DNA of 63,269 nucleotides, counting the filler, from Chiloscyllium plagiosum (lineage: Eukaryota): assembly GCF_004010195.1 (NCBI RefSeq). It is 4 parts of one record of this genome, joined end to end, with 100 filler letters (N's around TTAATTAATTAA, not from the genome) between each part and the next. Parts side by side here need not be neighbours in the genome. Positions count along the whole stretch, not along the records: positions 1 to 25,882 come from NC_057714.1; positions 25,983 to 40,697 come from NC_057714.1; 2 more parts are not named here. The stretch is one strand, 5' to 3'. Positions 12,880-26,673 of this stretch are shown piece after piece. The notes below the pieces were generated by a model, which saw only the letters and a list, made by a program, of their open reading frames with translations, made no database searches and was not told where the DNA came from. Position numbers and translations under genes: made by a program. Position 1 is the stretch's first letter; every line of letters starts with the position of its first letter.

Positions 12880-13445
12880 ATCTAGCAGCACAGAAAAAAG
12901 GCCCATTCTCCCATCAAGTCTCTACTGGTCAAAAGCAACCACCTAAATATTCTAATTCCATGGCACTTGGGCCTTTTATGACTTGGCATTGCAATGCATA
13001 TGGGAATACTATTTAATTGTAATGAGGGTTTCGGCCTCTCCACCCATTCAGGCAGTGAGCTCTGGATTCTCAACATCCTCTGAGTGAAAAACATTTTTCC
13101 TCACATCCCCTCTGAGACCTCTGCCCCTTACCTTAAATCTATGCCCCTCATTGATCCCTCCACCAAGGCGAAATGATTTTTTCCTCGCTATAATTTTAAA
13201 CATCTCAATCAGATCCCCACTCAGTCTCCTTTTCTCCAAAACAAACCCCAGTTTGTCCAATTTCTTCATATCTAAAACTGTTCAGCCCAGGCAACATTCT
13301 GGTAAATCTCTGCAGCCTCTCCGGTGCTGGCACATCCCTCCTATAAGATGGATTCCAGAACTGCTCAATACCCCAGCTGTGGCCTAATAAATAGTTTATA
13401 TAGCTCCAGCTTATCCTCCCTGCTCTTAAATAGTCCCAACTGCAC
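12880..13445 (-). mobile_element. CR1 LINE 3' fragment
   Basis: Minus ORFs QFWNPSYRRDV..ERLQRFTRMLPGL and LEKRRLSGDLIEMFKI..GHRFKVRG..MFFTQR. Confidence 0.9.
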
Positions 13446-13864
13446 AAAGCTGAAAGATGAATGCCACCTTTAAATACACATGATTTGGGTGCCATAAGAT
13501 TTTTGTGTTGCATTGACTTTATCTTGATGGGAGAATACAATTAATAACAACTTTACCCTCATGAGCGTTCATGTGAATGTATTGCAAGTATGAACCCATC
13601 ACTGATCGGGGAACACATGATGCTCTGCATCTGTCTTAATCTCTTCATTTCAACCTGCTATTGGGGAATTGAGATTTCACAGCCCACCTAACTGACTAAT
13701 TCATTCTGCATGGCATGTTTCCTGCTTTTGCAGGTTCTAGACAATCCATCCCAAAAAATGTTTAAGGACCATAAGGAATATTGGTGTCAATAAAATTATA
13801 TTACTTAACTCACCTGCACAAATATGTTGCCATTAGCCATTATCAGGAAAAGCCATGAAGTAAG

Positions 13865-13990
13865 TCCTGAAGAGGTCATATTAGACTTGAAACATCACCT
13901 CTGTTCTCATTCCATAGATGCTGCCAGATCTGCTACGTTTCTCCAGGACCGTTCCTCTTTATTTCATATTTAGAGCATCTGCACTATTTT
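13865..13990 (+). mobile_element. Older PLE (family D) pseudo-LTR fragment
   Basis: cctgaagaggtcatattagacttgaaac..atagatgctgccagatctgct; degenerate hammerhead. Confidence 0.55.
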
Positions 13991-14484
13991 TCTCTTATGA
14001 AAGTAAGTGATTCATTATGGTTCACTCGTAGAGAGATATGCTTCAGTATTTCCCTCATGTCCACAATTAACATAATTGAAGGTAATTTGGTGTAGCATAG
14101 GAAAATAATGGATTCAGCAGTGAAGAAACTCATGTGCAATAGCTGCAAGAAAACCATCAAATGTTTCCTGCTCACAATTTTGCTGTAGCTAACACATGGA
14201 GGGAATCTTCCTTTTGAGTATCACAATGCTGAACTTTCCTCAGGGGGCTTAATCACCTTTGAGATATCACCAATAAAATTAGTCTGCATGAAAATGTGCC
14301 TGATAACCTATTAATTATATTGTGCGTCAGCTACCCAGGAGAAAACTATTCCAACAACATGGCACAAAATTTGCTAAATTGGAAATGAAACAGAAGGCCT
14401 AATCATATTAAGGAAAGGAATGTATTAGCCCTGGAAAATATACTTCTCACAGTTAGTCGACATTTTATTATCTTTAAGACAACA

Positions 14485-15332
14485 GGACCTTGATCAGATG
14501 GGCCAATGGGCTGAGGAGTGGCAGATGAAGTTTAGTTTAGATAAATGTGAGGTGCTGCATTTTGGGAAAGCAAATCTTAGCAGGACTTATACACTTAATG
14601 GTAAGGCCCTACAGAGTGTTGCTGAACAAAGAGACCTTGGAGTGCAGATTCATAGCTCCTTGAAAGTAGAGTAGATAGGATAGTGAAGAAGGTGTTTAAA
14701 TATGCTTTCCTTTATTGGTCAGAACATTGAGTACAGGAGTTGGGAGGTCATCTTGCGGCTGTACAGGTCATTGGTTAGGCCACTTTTGGAATATTGTGTG
14801 CAAATCTGGTCTCCTTCCTATCGGAAGAATGTTGTGAAATTTGAGAGGGTTCAGAAATGATTTACAAGGATGTTGCCAGGGTTGGAGGATTTGAGCTATA
14901 GGGAGAGGCTGAGCAGGCCGGGGCTGTTTTCCCTGGAGCGTTAGAGGCTGAGGGGTGATGTTATAGAGGTTTATAAAATCATGAGGGGCATGGATAGGAT
15001 AAATAGACAAAGTCTTTTCCCTGGGGTGGGGGAGTCCAGAACTAAAGGGCATAGATTTAGGGTGAGAGGGGAAAGATATAAAAGAGACCTAAGGGGTAAT
15101 TTTTTTCATGCAGAGAGTGGAACTTGTTTAGAATGAGCTGCCAGAGGAAGTGGTGAAGGCTGGTACAATTGCAACATTTAAAAGGCATCTGGATGGGTAT
15201 ATGAATAGGAAAGGTTTGGAGGGATGTGGGCCGGGTGCTGGCAGGTGGAACTAGATTGGGTTGGGATATCTGGTCGGCATGAACAAGTTGGACCGAAGGG
15301 TCTGTTTCCACGCTGTACACCTCTATGACTCT
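14485..15332 (+). mobile_element. CR1 (HER1-like) LINE 3' end
   Basis: Encodes WA..WQM.F...KCEVLHFG, LEYCVQIWSP and RRLRGD.IEVYKIM with frameshifts. Tail gggtctgtttcc..ctctatgactcta resembles the HE1 SINE tail. Confidence 0.92.
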
Positions 15333-18300
15333 ACAGCTGTAAGATAAAGAGATTTTGCCAATGTTATTGTATAGCTTTTTGGAACTGCTGATGATAAACA
15401 GTTTGCATTGAATAGATGTTCATGCTACGCTGTGAACATTGCATAGCATTCTGGAAGAGTGCTGGTAATGTCTGCAACCACTTCCTGTTTACGTGTGGAA
15501 AAATTACAGTGTCTTTTTAATATGTATTAATTCATTTAGGTTAGATTACAATTTAATGGTATATACTGGATGTGCTGAAATTACGAATGGCTCCCAGATC
15601 AACATAGGAGCTGTTTTCCAAATATATCTAGATTTCATACTTCATAAACTTTTATTGGGATTGAAGTTAATCAAAACTGAAGCGCAAAACAAACAGATGT
15701 GCAAGTTTATTTCCAGCGGGTCAATGCTAACATTTTCCACAATGTGGCAATTGTTGCTGTTGTGGACAGTTGCAAAATTTGCAAAACTATAGGTGAGCAG
15801 AGTATGTAGATCAAGATTAATGTTTGTTTTGGAAACAATATTATTTCATTGCATTTTTGAACTAAATTACCCAAAAGGAATACGCCTTTTGACAGATAAA
15901 GTAATTGTGTTTGTTCCTTAACATAAGGCAGATTATTTCATTACTTTCGCAGGCTAATGTGAATCAGATGACAAGCTGCTTTGAATTTGGATTGCTTGTT
16001 CAAATTTGGCCAGGCATCATTTATTTGGATGGAAAATCATTCATTTTGGTTTAAAATATAATGTATTTGTGTTATACTCATAAAAATAAACAGAGCGTCA
16101 TGGGGCTTGCAGGTGTTTTGGCCGTTCAATGTATTTTCTGGTGATCATGCATACAATGTTTCCAAGTGGTTAACGTTGCAGATCCCAGTGTACAGCAATG
16201 AGTTAAAATGACCAATTGTTCTACAGCTGTAATAATTATACTGAAGTATTTAAGCAAACAGGAAATCAGGCACTTGACCCCCATAAGCCGCCACATGGTA
16301 ATAATGTTGGCAGAAATGTTTGGAATATGGCATATGTGTCTCAAAAAAGCAGTGACTCGTCTTTTGGAGCATTTGAGGATCTGATTATGAGCATGATTAT
16401 ACCGAAGAAGCCCTTAATATTGATAGATTCTATCAATCTCCAGAACTCACGCACCATATGAAAAGACTCTGAATAGTTTGTGAGGAGATAGGATTCATTT
16501 TGTCTAAATTAAACATTTGATTAAGAAGTCAAAAACTTGGCTTCAATGATGTGAAGAAAGCTAACACAGTGGAGTCTTTGATGAACTTCTTCCATTTGGT
16601 AAACTATCACTTTCTGAGGTCAAGATTTGTTCTGGCAAGTATGCTACATTATACATTACAGTGTAGCTACAAACCTTTGTGCTTATGGTCTTATGTAGTC
16701 CTTACCATTTGAGTGACAATAGTTAGTGGCTATTTCAACAAATGGGCTTCAGAGATCCAAAATTAGTTATGGTCTCTTCAGGGATTTTTGAAGAGCAGAA
16801 AGGTACTGAGGCCTTCCTAGGTTCTGATTGATCATGTTGCATATTGTAGCTGGGAGGCAAGGTCTAGGAATATCTAGTGCAGACTGTCAAGTATTCGGAG
16901 TATGTATGTATGTATGTAGAAAACCCCGCTGAGGTGCTCCTATTTCTTGTCATGACTTGCACAGCACTGTTTCAATTGAGCAAGGAAACAGAACTACTTA
17001 TTTTACATTTTCTGCAGCATGCTCTGCTCTGATCTGCAGTTTCACGTTCTTTCTGTTAGGGAAACAGATTCAGAAATTTGTGGGCAGTTCAGATATTGTG
17101 TTCCATTGGCAGCAAATCATGTAGGCTTAGGATTCCATTTGGGAAATAGTATCTGACTATGGTGAATTACTCTGTTATCTAGTGTCTCACCATGTGATAG
17201 ACAATATGGCTCAAATTTGGCAGTCAGCAGGGGTGGTGGTGCTCTATGCTGATCTCAAGGACTGGTGCCCATGAAGATCCACCAACTTTTATGGCATGGA
17301 TTTCACCTTTCTCGATATTAATTTAATTCCAATGTTGGCTCAGTAGACTCTCCATGATCCATCAACAGTGATTTGACATAAAATTAGTTCTTCAGGGCCA
17401 GAAAAGTTATTCATTTGTAATTATGAACTTAGTATTCCTTTTAAAACTCACTAACACTTCATTAAACATGGCAAAACGTTGTCCAAGTTTTTTTTTGTGA
17501 AATTGAATGGAATTTCCCATCAATTCACATGATGCATAAAATTTCCATTTGCAGTGACTTCAACAGTTCACCCCTATGGAGGTGGAGGGGTTGTGGTGGT
17601 GGGGGGGGTTGTGGGAAATCAGTGATAGCACATTCTGGATTTCCCTTTTAACTCTGCAAGTGTGGCTGTCAGTCTCACACTTATAATGAGGAGAACTGAC
17701 AAATACCGATGCAGAATCTGGCCTCGTGTGTCCAGTAGGTTTGGAGACAGCCCCGGGATCGGAACATGTGCAGGAAGTTCTCCTTTGGATGATAGTTCTG
17801 CCAGCAATCGTCTATGAGTTCAGCTGGAAATTCCAGAGAGTCTGCGAGTTGGGGTAAGCGTGATGGAAAGATGGTTGCCTCTGAGTCTGCTGCAGGTGGA
17901 GGTTATAAAGGTTAGCTTCAATGTTCCTTCCAGTCTCTCCTGTAAGTGGGTGGCCCAAATCTCATTCCCATTTGCTGTGCTGGGTTTCTGTGCTTTGCAT
18001 TGTGAAAATCAATGTTGAAGTAAGAGGTGTGTCTGCTGGGTAGTCCTGTGTCTGGAGGAAGAGCTCTAAACCCTGACAGTGCTCATTGACCAAGACGTTG
18101 TGAAGTGTAATATAGCATGCTAGTAAATATATTCCAGTTAGGAATCTATGAATAGATTTCTGGTTAAAACAAAATATTTGTTGCAGATTTATTTAAGTTA
18201 CAGAGTGTTGTAGTTAATTATAGCTGTGAGTTCAAACAGTCCAGATCAACAATAAAGGACTTCCTGAGTATCTTCTCTGTTGACAGTTGGTAAGCAGCAA

Positions 18301-19140
18301 AGAACTTCATGAGCACCATAATTATTTGTATAGTACTTGGGTATTTATATATGCGACTTAATTTGGGAAAGTCACTGCCCCAAACTGTATAAACACTAGT
18401 GTAGTCGACATGCTGAGAGTGGGCAAGTCGGAACATTTATTCAAAGTCTTGTGACTGGGAAATTTTTGTTGCATTGATAGTTGTACAGTGGAGTTATTCC
18501 TGAGTTTGCTAAGTCCTGCAGTATAATCCTGATCCATTCTGTTTCCTGACCACCTGAATAGAGCTTTCATTATACAATACCTCCCCCCCCACCCCACCCC
18601 CTCATCCCCCAACTCCAGCTCAGAGTGGTATGGACAATGGCAAGAAAGCTGGGAAAATACTGCGATAATGAAAATATTGGGATCTTGATGCTGAGAATAA
18701 AAGCCTTAATTTTCCCTTTTTGTTTTAAACAGCAACTTCAGAATCTCACTATTAAGCAGTGGCTACCTTATTTACATTTCATTCTGAGCCCAACTGGTGT
18801 CATCTGTATGATTTACCTCTCCTTCCCCAGGAAACTGGACAGTGCCTCCTCCTGACTGTAAATCAGGGCTGGTACCTGGAAGCTGCAGCTTGTTAATTGC
18901 TAACCCCAGCCATCATCCCATTGTGTCTTCAGCACAAGGTGTCTGCATGCTCCATGGAAACCATGCTCTTCCGCCCTTTGTTCATGCACATATTGACAGT
19001 GCCAAACCACCGGCCTCACCACGTCATCAGGCCTGCTCTTGGCTCAATTCACACGCCACTTCAGCCCTTCAACACTCTATAGTGGAACTCAGGGACATCT
19101 ATGACTTGTATGCTTCTGCCAAGTTGTTCTGCATGCAGGG

Positions 19141-19815
19141 CCACACACAACACACACAAACATGGAGACACACACATACAGACCCATATGCATACACACA
19201 CAGATATACACAAACACAGAAACGCACATGCACATGGAGACACACATGCACACAGAGACACACTCATACAGATACACGCACACAGAAACACTTAAGACAC
19301 AGAGACAAACACACAGACACACAGACATACACATGGATAGACACACACACACAGACACATGCACAGACATACACATGGACATACGTCACGCACACACACA
19401 CACACACAGACACATACGGACAGCGCCACACACACATAGGGTTACACACATAGATACACAACACACACAAACATGGAGACACACACATACAGACCCATAT
19501 GCATACACACACAGATATACACAAACACAGAAACGCACATGCACATGGAGACACACATGCACACAGAGACACACTCATACAGATACACGCACACAGAAAC
19601 ACTTAAGACACAGAGACAAACACACAGACACACAGACATACACATGGATAGACACACACACACAGACACATGCACAGACATACACATGGACATACGTCAC
19701 GCACACACACACACACACACAGACACATACGGACAGCCACACACACATATAGGTTCACACACATAGATACACATGCAGGCTCACACACATGGACACAAAC
19801 ACACACACATGCATG
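19141..19815. repeat. CA-rich low-complexity tract containing a 311-bp tandem duplication
   Basis: Identical METHTYRP.. ORF starts at 19162 and 19473 give a period of 311; cryptic (CA)n/(CAGA) composition. Confidence 0.95.
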
Positions 19816-20001
19816 CACCTCATTCACCTAAATGGATGCATCATTTGGTTATTAACGTTATTTCTTAGAATTCACTCACCTTGTGCTTACTTGGTCACTG
19901 GTAGTCTCAGTGGCTGGCATTGCTCTTTAGTGCAGAGTGATAGACAAGCAGCTTTTCAGGGAGCACTCAGTTAAGGGAGTGGACATGTTACTGTACAATA
20001 C

Positions 20002-20128
20002 TAGATTAAATTAGATTACTTACAATGTGGAAACATTGTTCAGCCCAACAAGTCCACACCGACCCTCCGAAAAGCACCCACCCAGACCCATTCCCCTACA
20101 TTTACCCCTTCACCTAACACTATGGGCT
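20002..20128 (-). mobile_element. HE1 SINE 3' fragment
   Basis: tagattacttacaatgtggaaac..cagcccaacaagtccacaccgaccctccgaa..cccagacccattcccct. Confidence 0.8.
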
Positions 20129-23100
20129 ATGACATCAACATCACCCCTGCACCATGTGCCAACGGTTTACTCTAAACATGCTTCAACAGAATGACCACGT
20201 CTGAAAGTCAAAGAGGAGCAGTCCTTCAGAGCAGCAAGGAGCCTATAATCAGTCAAAGAGCTTTTTCAATTCCACCCCAGGGAATTGGGCATGCTCAACC
20301 AGACATTTGGTCCCACCAGAGTCTGGGGATCCATAGCATGCAGTCCATGGATGGGGACTTGGTCAGTCCTGTAGATCAAATGTGACCAGTCCAGGAATTA
20401 CAAGTGCATCAATCAGAGTGCTGTGGAGACATCAGCTCAGGAGTGGGCTGTGCTCAGTCAGGGCTGTCCTGCCAAGTCTGTTTGCGGATGTAGACTATGG
20501 TCAGTCCTGGGATTTTCTCAACACAGTCGGGAGCTTACCATGGACTCCTTTAGAGAGCAGGGCAACTTGTGTCTGGGGACCGGGTTTACTGGACTGGGTC
20601 ATAGAGGGAATTAAGGGTGGGGTCTCATAGGCAAAGGAGGGGATAGGGAGCTCCAGAAGGGCTGTTGTCACAAGTCATGACAATTTGCAAAGCCATGGAA
20701 TATGAAGATAAATTGAGGACATTAATGATTGTATAAAGGGGCCAAATGGAAATATGGAGCGTCTGAAAGGGGACTCAGGATCAGCATCACAAAGGGAACA
20801 CAAAGGATGTGGGGGAACCATCCAGCATCTCTGGTGGAGTCTACATCTCACTTACAAAAAGACAAGATTGAAACCTTGCCAACGTTGATCCAAAGTCAAG
20901 TGTGCAATCCAAATGTTAGTGCATGCAGAGCAGGCAGAGTAAGGTTCTATTCATTTCTTCAGGGGCAGTGTCAAATAATTTGAAATGGAGGCCGTTCTAG
21001 GCCAATTGCATTAATCATGCATCTACTGAATCAGTAATACCACCTATGTGATATCAGATTTCACTTCATTGGCAGATCAGTCATTGTCTAAGAATGGACA
21101 TTACAAATCATGGCCTCAAGCAATAAAGACCACTGCATTGTGCACATTAATTGCCTCCTTGTCATGTCAGCAAATCAAATATAATTAGATTTGAACCTAT
21201 AAGTGTCAGCAGGACATGGCTTTTCAGAAACACATTCCATAGCTATCACATTGAAAGAAAAGACAATGCTTTTCAGCTGCCACACTCTTATAATGAACTG
21301 TAATAGGAAAGGACATGTTCTATGATGAGCAAGGGTGTCTTTCTTTGCGGGGGCAAGTTATCACTTTCATAAATCTATTGCCCCAATTTAACATGAATAT
21401 TTTGGATCTGCAATATGCATTTGGATAAGGTTACATAAGATTGACCTTCTCAGGAAGCCTCCAGGCCACACTGTGTGAGGGTATGACATTGATGGACATG
21501 GGGGCTCAGGAGTATTGTTAATAAAATGGTGTTTTCTTTCTGACATTCCTCACAGATTATCTGCTCACATTTTTGACACTGACATCGCTGTGACTGTGGT
21601 ATTGCTTAAAATGTTAATACAATGTAGAAGTAGATAAAAATTACAGCATCTTCTGCCTAGCAACCCCCAGAGGGGTAATCAGGCAGATGAAGAGATTCCA
21701 GTCAGACAGGGGCGAATGATGAGACCCCATATCCACTGGTCTTGCTTTAATTTCTACTAGGTTCACAAAGATTGTGCCAATTAAGGCATCTTTACCAAAC
21801 TGCATTAACTGCTGGGGCAGTTCACAAGAACTGGATACCATCCCAACCCAATGGCTGCCAAGGTCACAAGTGCCCAAATGTTTATGCCAGCAGCTCGTTT
21901 CAACGATCAACTGGGGACCTGTGTGGCATTGCCCAATCCTCAAATGCATCCAGGATGCCACTGATAGCATTTTCTCCAGAAAATTCACTTGTATCCCTCC
22001 CCTGTGCTAAGCAGAATCAGCAGCTCAGACATGGGATCCTCCACCATCGCTGACTTCCCCAGTGTACAGGGTATAATAGACTGAACTCATACTAATAACT
22101 TGCTTTAAAAAAAACCACTTTGTTGGAAAAATGTCTCACAGAATCATGAAGAACTAAGCAGAGGCCAAATCAAAGAAACAATATATTAGCTGCCATGTTT
22201 CCTAAATTATAATTGTGACTCCCTTTTAACAACCCTTCATTGATTATAAAATATTTTCAGATATTGGCTGTGAAAAAGGGGAAATATACAAGTCTTTCTT
22301 TCTTTTTATTAACAAATTGCTCACACAATATATTAACACTTGAACTAGAACTACTGCCAAATGTTGTGGCATTGGTAATTTTATAGAATAGAAGTAATAA
22401 AAGTGTTAAAAATAGCAATTGTGACAACACCTTCTTATTTGCATCTTTACATGCTGTCATATAACCTTTTCGCATTATCCACGTTAGAGCCATACAAAAC
22501 AGAGACAGATCTTTCAATTTAATGCCTACCCCGACTGAGGAAATATTTCAAGCTGTTTTCATTGCGAAACTGTTCATTTTGGGTACAGCTTTGAATTGTG
22601 CTACGTCATTACATTAACATGACCATCAATTCTGAGTGGTGCCTTAATGTACCATAGCAGAGTTCTCAAAAGCAAACGTTATAATGTACTAGATCAAATA
22701 TCATATTGTAAAATACAAAATGTAATGTAAAAAAGTTGGAAACTGAAGTCATTTACTCCTTTTACAAGAATTTGTTCGAATTCAACCAAAAGTCCTGGGC
22801 TGTGGTGTAATGTGGTTATAGAAATAACATGAAGATAAGATTATTTTGTGATCAGCAATAATAAATGTTAAATAGCTCTATGAGTGAATCTGCTCAGATA
22901 GCTCATGAGCAAGAAAGTCATGTGGGGACTATAGTCAGTCCTGTAGTTGAGATCATTATCACATCACCACAAATGATGTGTTCGATTTGTATAACACATT
23001 TCAAATAGGATATTTTAAAATGTTTTTACAATCCAAGGGCAAAGATATGAAAAAAAGTATCCCCTGATTTTTCAGACCACACAAGTAGTAGGAGATGAGT

Positions 23101-25021
23101 AAATGCTTGCGCATCTGCAAAACGATCTGTTGTGCATTAATTCTTTCGTCACTGTATTGTTAGCTTGTCAAGTACCTATGAGAAAAGAAGTCACCAGAGC
23201 GATGAGATGAAGTGGTTTAAAAGTGCTAAATGTTGGATATGAAATTTATTTTCATCACCTTTTACAGTTCTACTTTACCAAGCTACTCCTCTTGTGCCAC
23301 TGTCACTCTCAAACATTTTTTTTTCTAACAGACCCCAGATGCTGCCATAAAATTGACTGGCTTGGCTATGGACACTGAAAGAGTGTGGCACCCACATTTT
23401 TTAGATTGTGAAAAAATCGATTGCTGTAAGCAAAATGGTCCTTAATTTTTAAATTCCTTCTCTATTACCTGGGTAAAATAGAGTGCTGAGCATGCAAAGG
23501 GAGAAATGATGGAAAAATGTTGAATGACATATTCAACTCAATAGCTTATCACTTGAAAATGCCTGCACAACTACTGTTGGGTGCATGCAAAATCCTATAT
23601 CATTTCTCCTGAAACTGGCACCAAGAAATAGGGAGGCAGATAAAACCTTTGTGCCACATCCCCTGCTGCTGTCCATTTACTGCTTTTTGAAGCTATCAAG
23701 TGAAAATTTCTTGGGGACAGAATAAATCACTGGAAGGAATTGACTCACTTTGATGGAGGTGTTCATTCACTAACTTTTGATGATGGCACACAACGTGATT
23801 CTGCTGTGATTCCCTGACCGGCTGACATTCATGTTTTCGCCTCACACATGAATAATGGCATCTTGGTTGAGGTATTTGAGACTTGCTGGTGACTGTTGAG
23901 TTGCACCCCAGCATCACAATGTTTTCAGAGAAGAATAGAATATGTGCATAGGTAGGTGGAAGTCAGTAAAATTACTGGTAAGTCAATATTTGGCCATGAA
24001 AATTAAGTTTGTTCTGACAAACATTTTGATTCATTGAATGGATATATTGAAGGCAGATACATATCTGCCTACGTAAGCTCAAAATATGAACTTCTCATCT
24101 TTCTCTTTGGTTATTTATTCAGAATAAAGCTTTCATCAGTTAACTAGACAACTATGATTTAAAGGGTTTCTTTTAAAAATTAGTTTTTTTTAAACAGGAA
24201 TTTCACAATTCAGTACAATTATTTATCTTGCATATTATTTGGTCAGAAAAAGCACTTTTGTGTTCAGTGAACTGCTAAGTTTTCTTTCTGCTAGCATTGA
24301 CTTTTTTAGGTTTCTTTATGATTTCATACTGAACAAAATATCTGATTTAAAAACATAGATTTCATATTGCAGTATTGTTCTTTCAACAATTGCATTATTT
24401 TCCAATAAAATCACAGCAACATAACAGCAAGAGTGGAAGATGCTGCTAAATTCCTCAATAATGCCAGGATTTCAAGAGCTCTGTATGTAGAAGCCTCTGT
24501 CTGAATAGCTTGGAAAATTTCATATGATTACTTTCATCTGCTGATCATACCTGTAAGATATGCTGCATTTCAGTCTCTGTGACATTCGGGTACTAAAAGA
24601 TGACTGGTGTACCTGCTTCAGATGCTGGATTCAGTGATGTTTTGGCTCAGTGTTGAAGCAGTGAGGGTTACTTGTAACCATAGGAGGAACTCTGAAGTTA
24701 TCACAAAATAATGCACTGAAATGAAAGCCTTTGCGTAACAGGCTTTTGCTGCTGTTGTTGCTGTTCCTTTCTTCTGTTTAATTCTCCCAGTAGTTAGCAT
24801 AAAGACATTTCTGTCTTTGCAGCAGGTAAAGTGTGTCTAAGAGGTCTAAGAGACCCACTTAGCCTTGATGTAAAATGCTGGCCTGGCATTGATCCCACTT
24901 TAGCAATAAATGCCCATCACTCATCAGTTACCGTTTGGCCCTGCCTTAATGGTTGCTGAAGGGAAATGGGTGGGGTAAAACAGGATTGAATTTACCCATT
25001 CACTGTATGTATGTGTGCTCT

Positions 25022-25882
25022 TGGGGGGGCTTTAAACTAACTCTGCAGGGGCATGGGAACCCAGACTGTAGCTTTAGGGTGCAGGACCTGGAGTGTAGGG
25101 AGGTTAGGAACATGGCATCAATTTCAAAGGAGGGTGCCTGTAAACAGGAAAGTGGCTTGAAGTGTGTATACGTCAATGCAAGAAATATACGAAATAAGGT
25201 AGGTGAACTTGCAACGTGGGTTGGTACCTGGGACTTCGATGTTGTGGCTATTACGGAGACATGGATAGAACAGGGACAGGATTGGCTGTTGCAGGTTCCA
25301 GGATTTAAATGTTGTAGTAGGGTCAGAGGTGGGGGTAAAAGAGGGGGAGGTGTGGCATTGCTTGTCAAAGATAGTATTACAGCTGTGGAAAGGACGATGC
25401 ATGAAGACTCGCCATCTGAGGTAGTCTGGGCTGAGGTTAGGAATAGGAAAGGTGAGGTCACCCTGTAAGGAGTCTTTTACAGGCCTCCTAATAGTCCTAG
25501 AAACGTAGAAGAAACGATTGCGAGGATGATTCAAGAGAAGAGTGAAAGTAATAGGGTGGTTGTTATGGGAGACTTTAACTTTCCTGATATTGATTGGGAA
25601 AGCTATAGCTCAAGTTCGTTAGATGGGTCAGTGTTTGTCCAATGTGTGCAGGAGAGTTTCCTGACACAATATGTAGACAGGCCAACAAGAGGTGAGGCCA
25701 TACTGGATTTGGTTCTGGGTAACGAACCAGGCCAGGTGTTAGAATTAGAGGTAGGTGAGCACTTTGGGGACAGTGACCACAATTCAGTGACTTTTACTCT
25801 AGTGATGGAGAGGGATAAGAGTGCACTACAGGGCAAGAGTTATAGATGGGGGCAGGGAAATTATGATGCGGTGAGGCACAAC
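25022..25882 (+). mobile_element. CR1 LINE ORF2 N-terminus (APE endonuclease), truncated by a gap
   Basis: YVNARNIRNK, AITETW, RGGGVALLVK, VVMGDFNFPDIDW, PTRGEAILDLVL and GDSDHN motifs; in-frame stop at 25466-25468. Confidence 0.95.
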
Positions 25883-25982
25883 NNNNNNNNNNNNNNNNNN
25901 NNNNNNNNNNNNNNNNNNNNNNNNNNTTAATTAATTAANNNNNNNNNNNNNNNNNNNNNNNNNNNNNNNNNNNNNNNNNNNN
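25883..25982. other. Artificial assembly gap/linker
   Basis: N44-TTAATTAATTAA-N44, identical to the other two gaps. Confidence 0.97.
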
Positions 25983-26673
25983 TGGTGGTTCCAAACATTA
26001 TCAAACTCTATTTTGTTTTTTTTAAATAAAACACACATCCAATTTTCTCGAAAGTAATTGGTTGATTATGCTTGACATTTCTTTCTTTTAAAATCAAACC
26101 AAGGTTAAAAAAAGGCAGCCCCAGATTTGAAGGTTTTTGAGCTGATAGGTTTTGTTGATCAATTTTTCCCCAAAAATCGTTTCCATTTTTTAGGATAAAT
26201 TAAAACCACCCGGACTGTTTCCATTGGCCTTGTTTTGTTTGTCTCCTTAATTTTCATGTAACTTTCCCATTGAAGCTTGGAATAGTATCTTGTATCACAT
26301 TATTTTATGGATTCCCGTTTCAGAAATAGTTATGTACAGGTTTGATGGTTTTAAATGGTATTGTTATATTGGAGATATATATGATAGCAGTCAGTTCAGG
26401 GTCCTCTCAGTCTCCAACACTTTACCTCAAATGACAATAGATAGCTTGAATTGTCAAGGCCAAGTCTTTTGCAGCCTTTAATCTCTGCCAGACTCCTGGG
26501 TCCCTGGCTGCAGCATTGGGTTGCTCTTCAGACCTGATGAAGAACCCCAGAAATAAAATCCACTGTAGTTCTGATTAGAAACTCCTTTGGTTAATAATGT
26601 CCAATTATATCTGTAAATTTAGAAATGCCAAAATTTAGTCATGTCTAAAAACACACATTTAGCAATATGGAGC

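Noticed and set aside
18842..19827. His/Thr-rich and Cys/Val-rich ORFs up to 203 aa
   Set aside because: These are translations of a CA-rich simple repeat.
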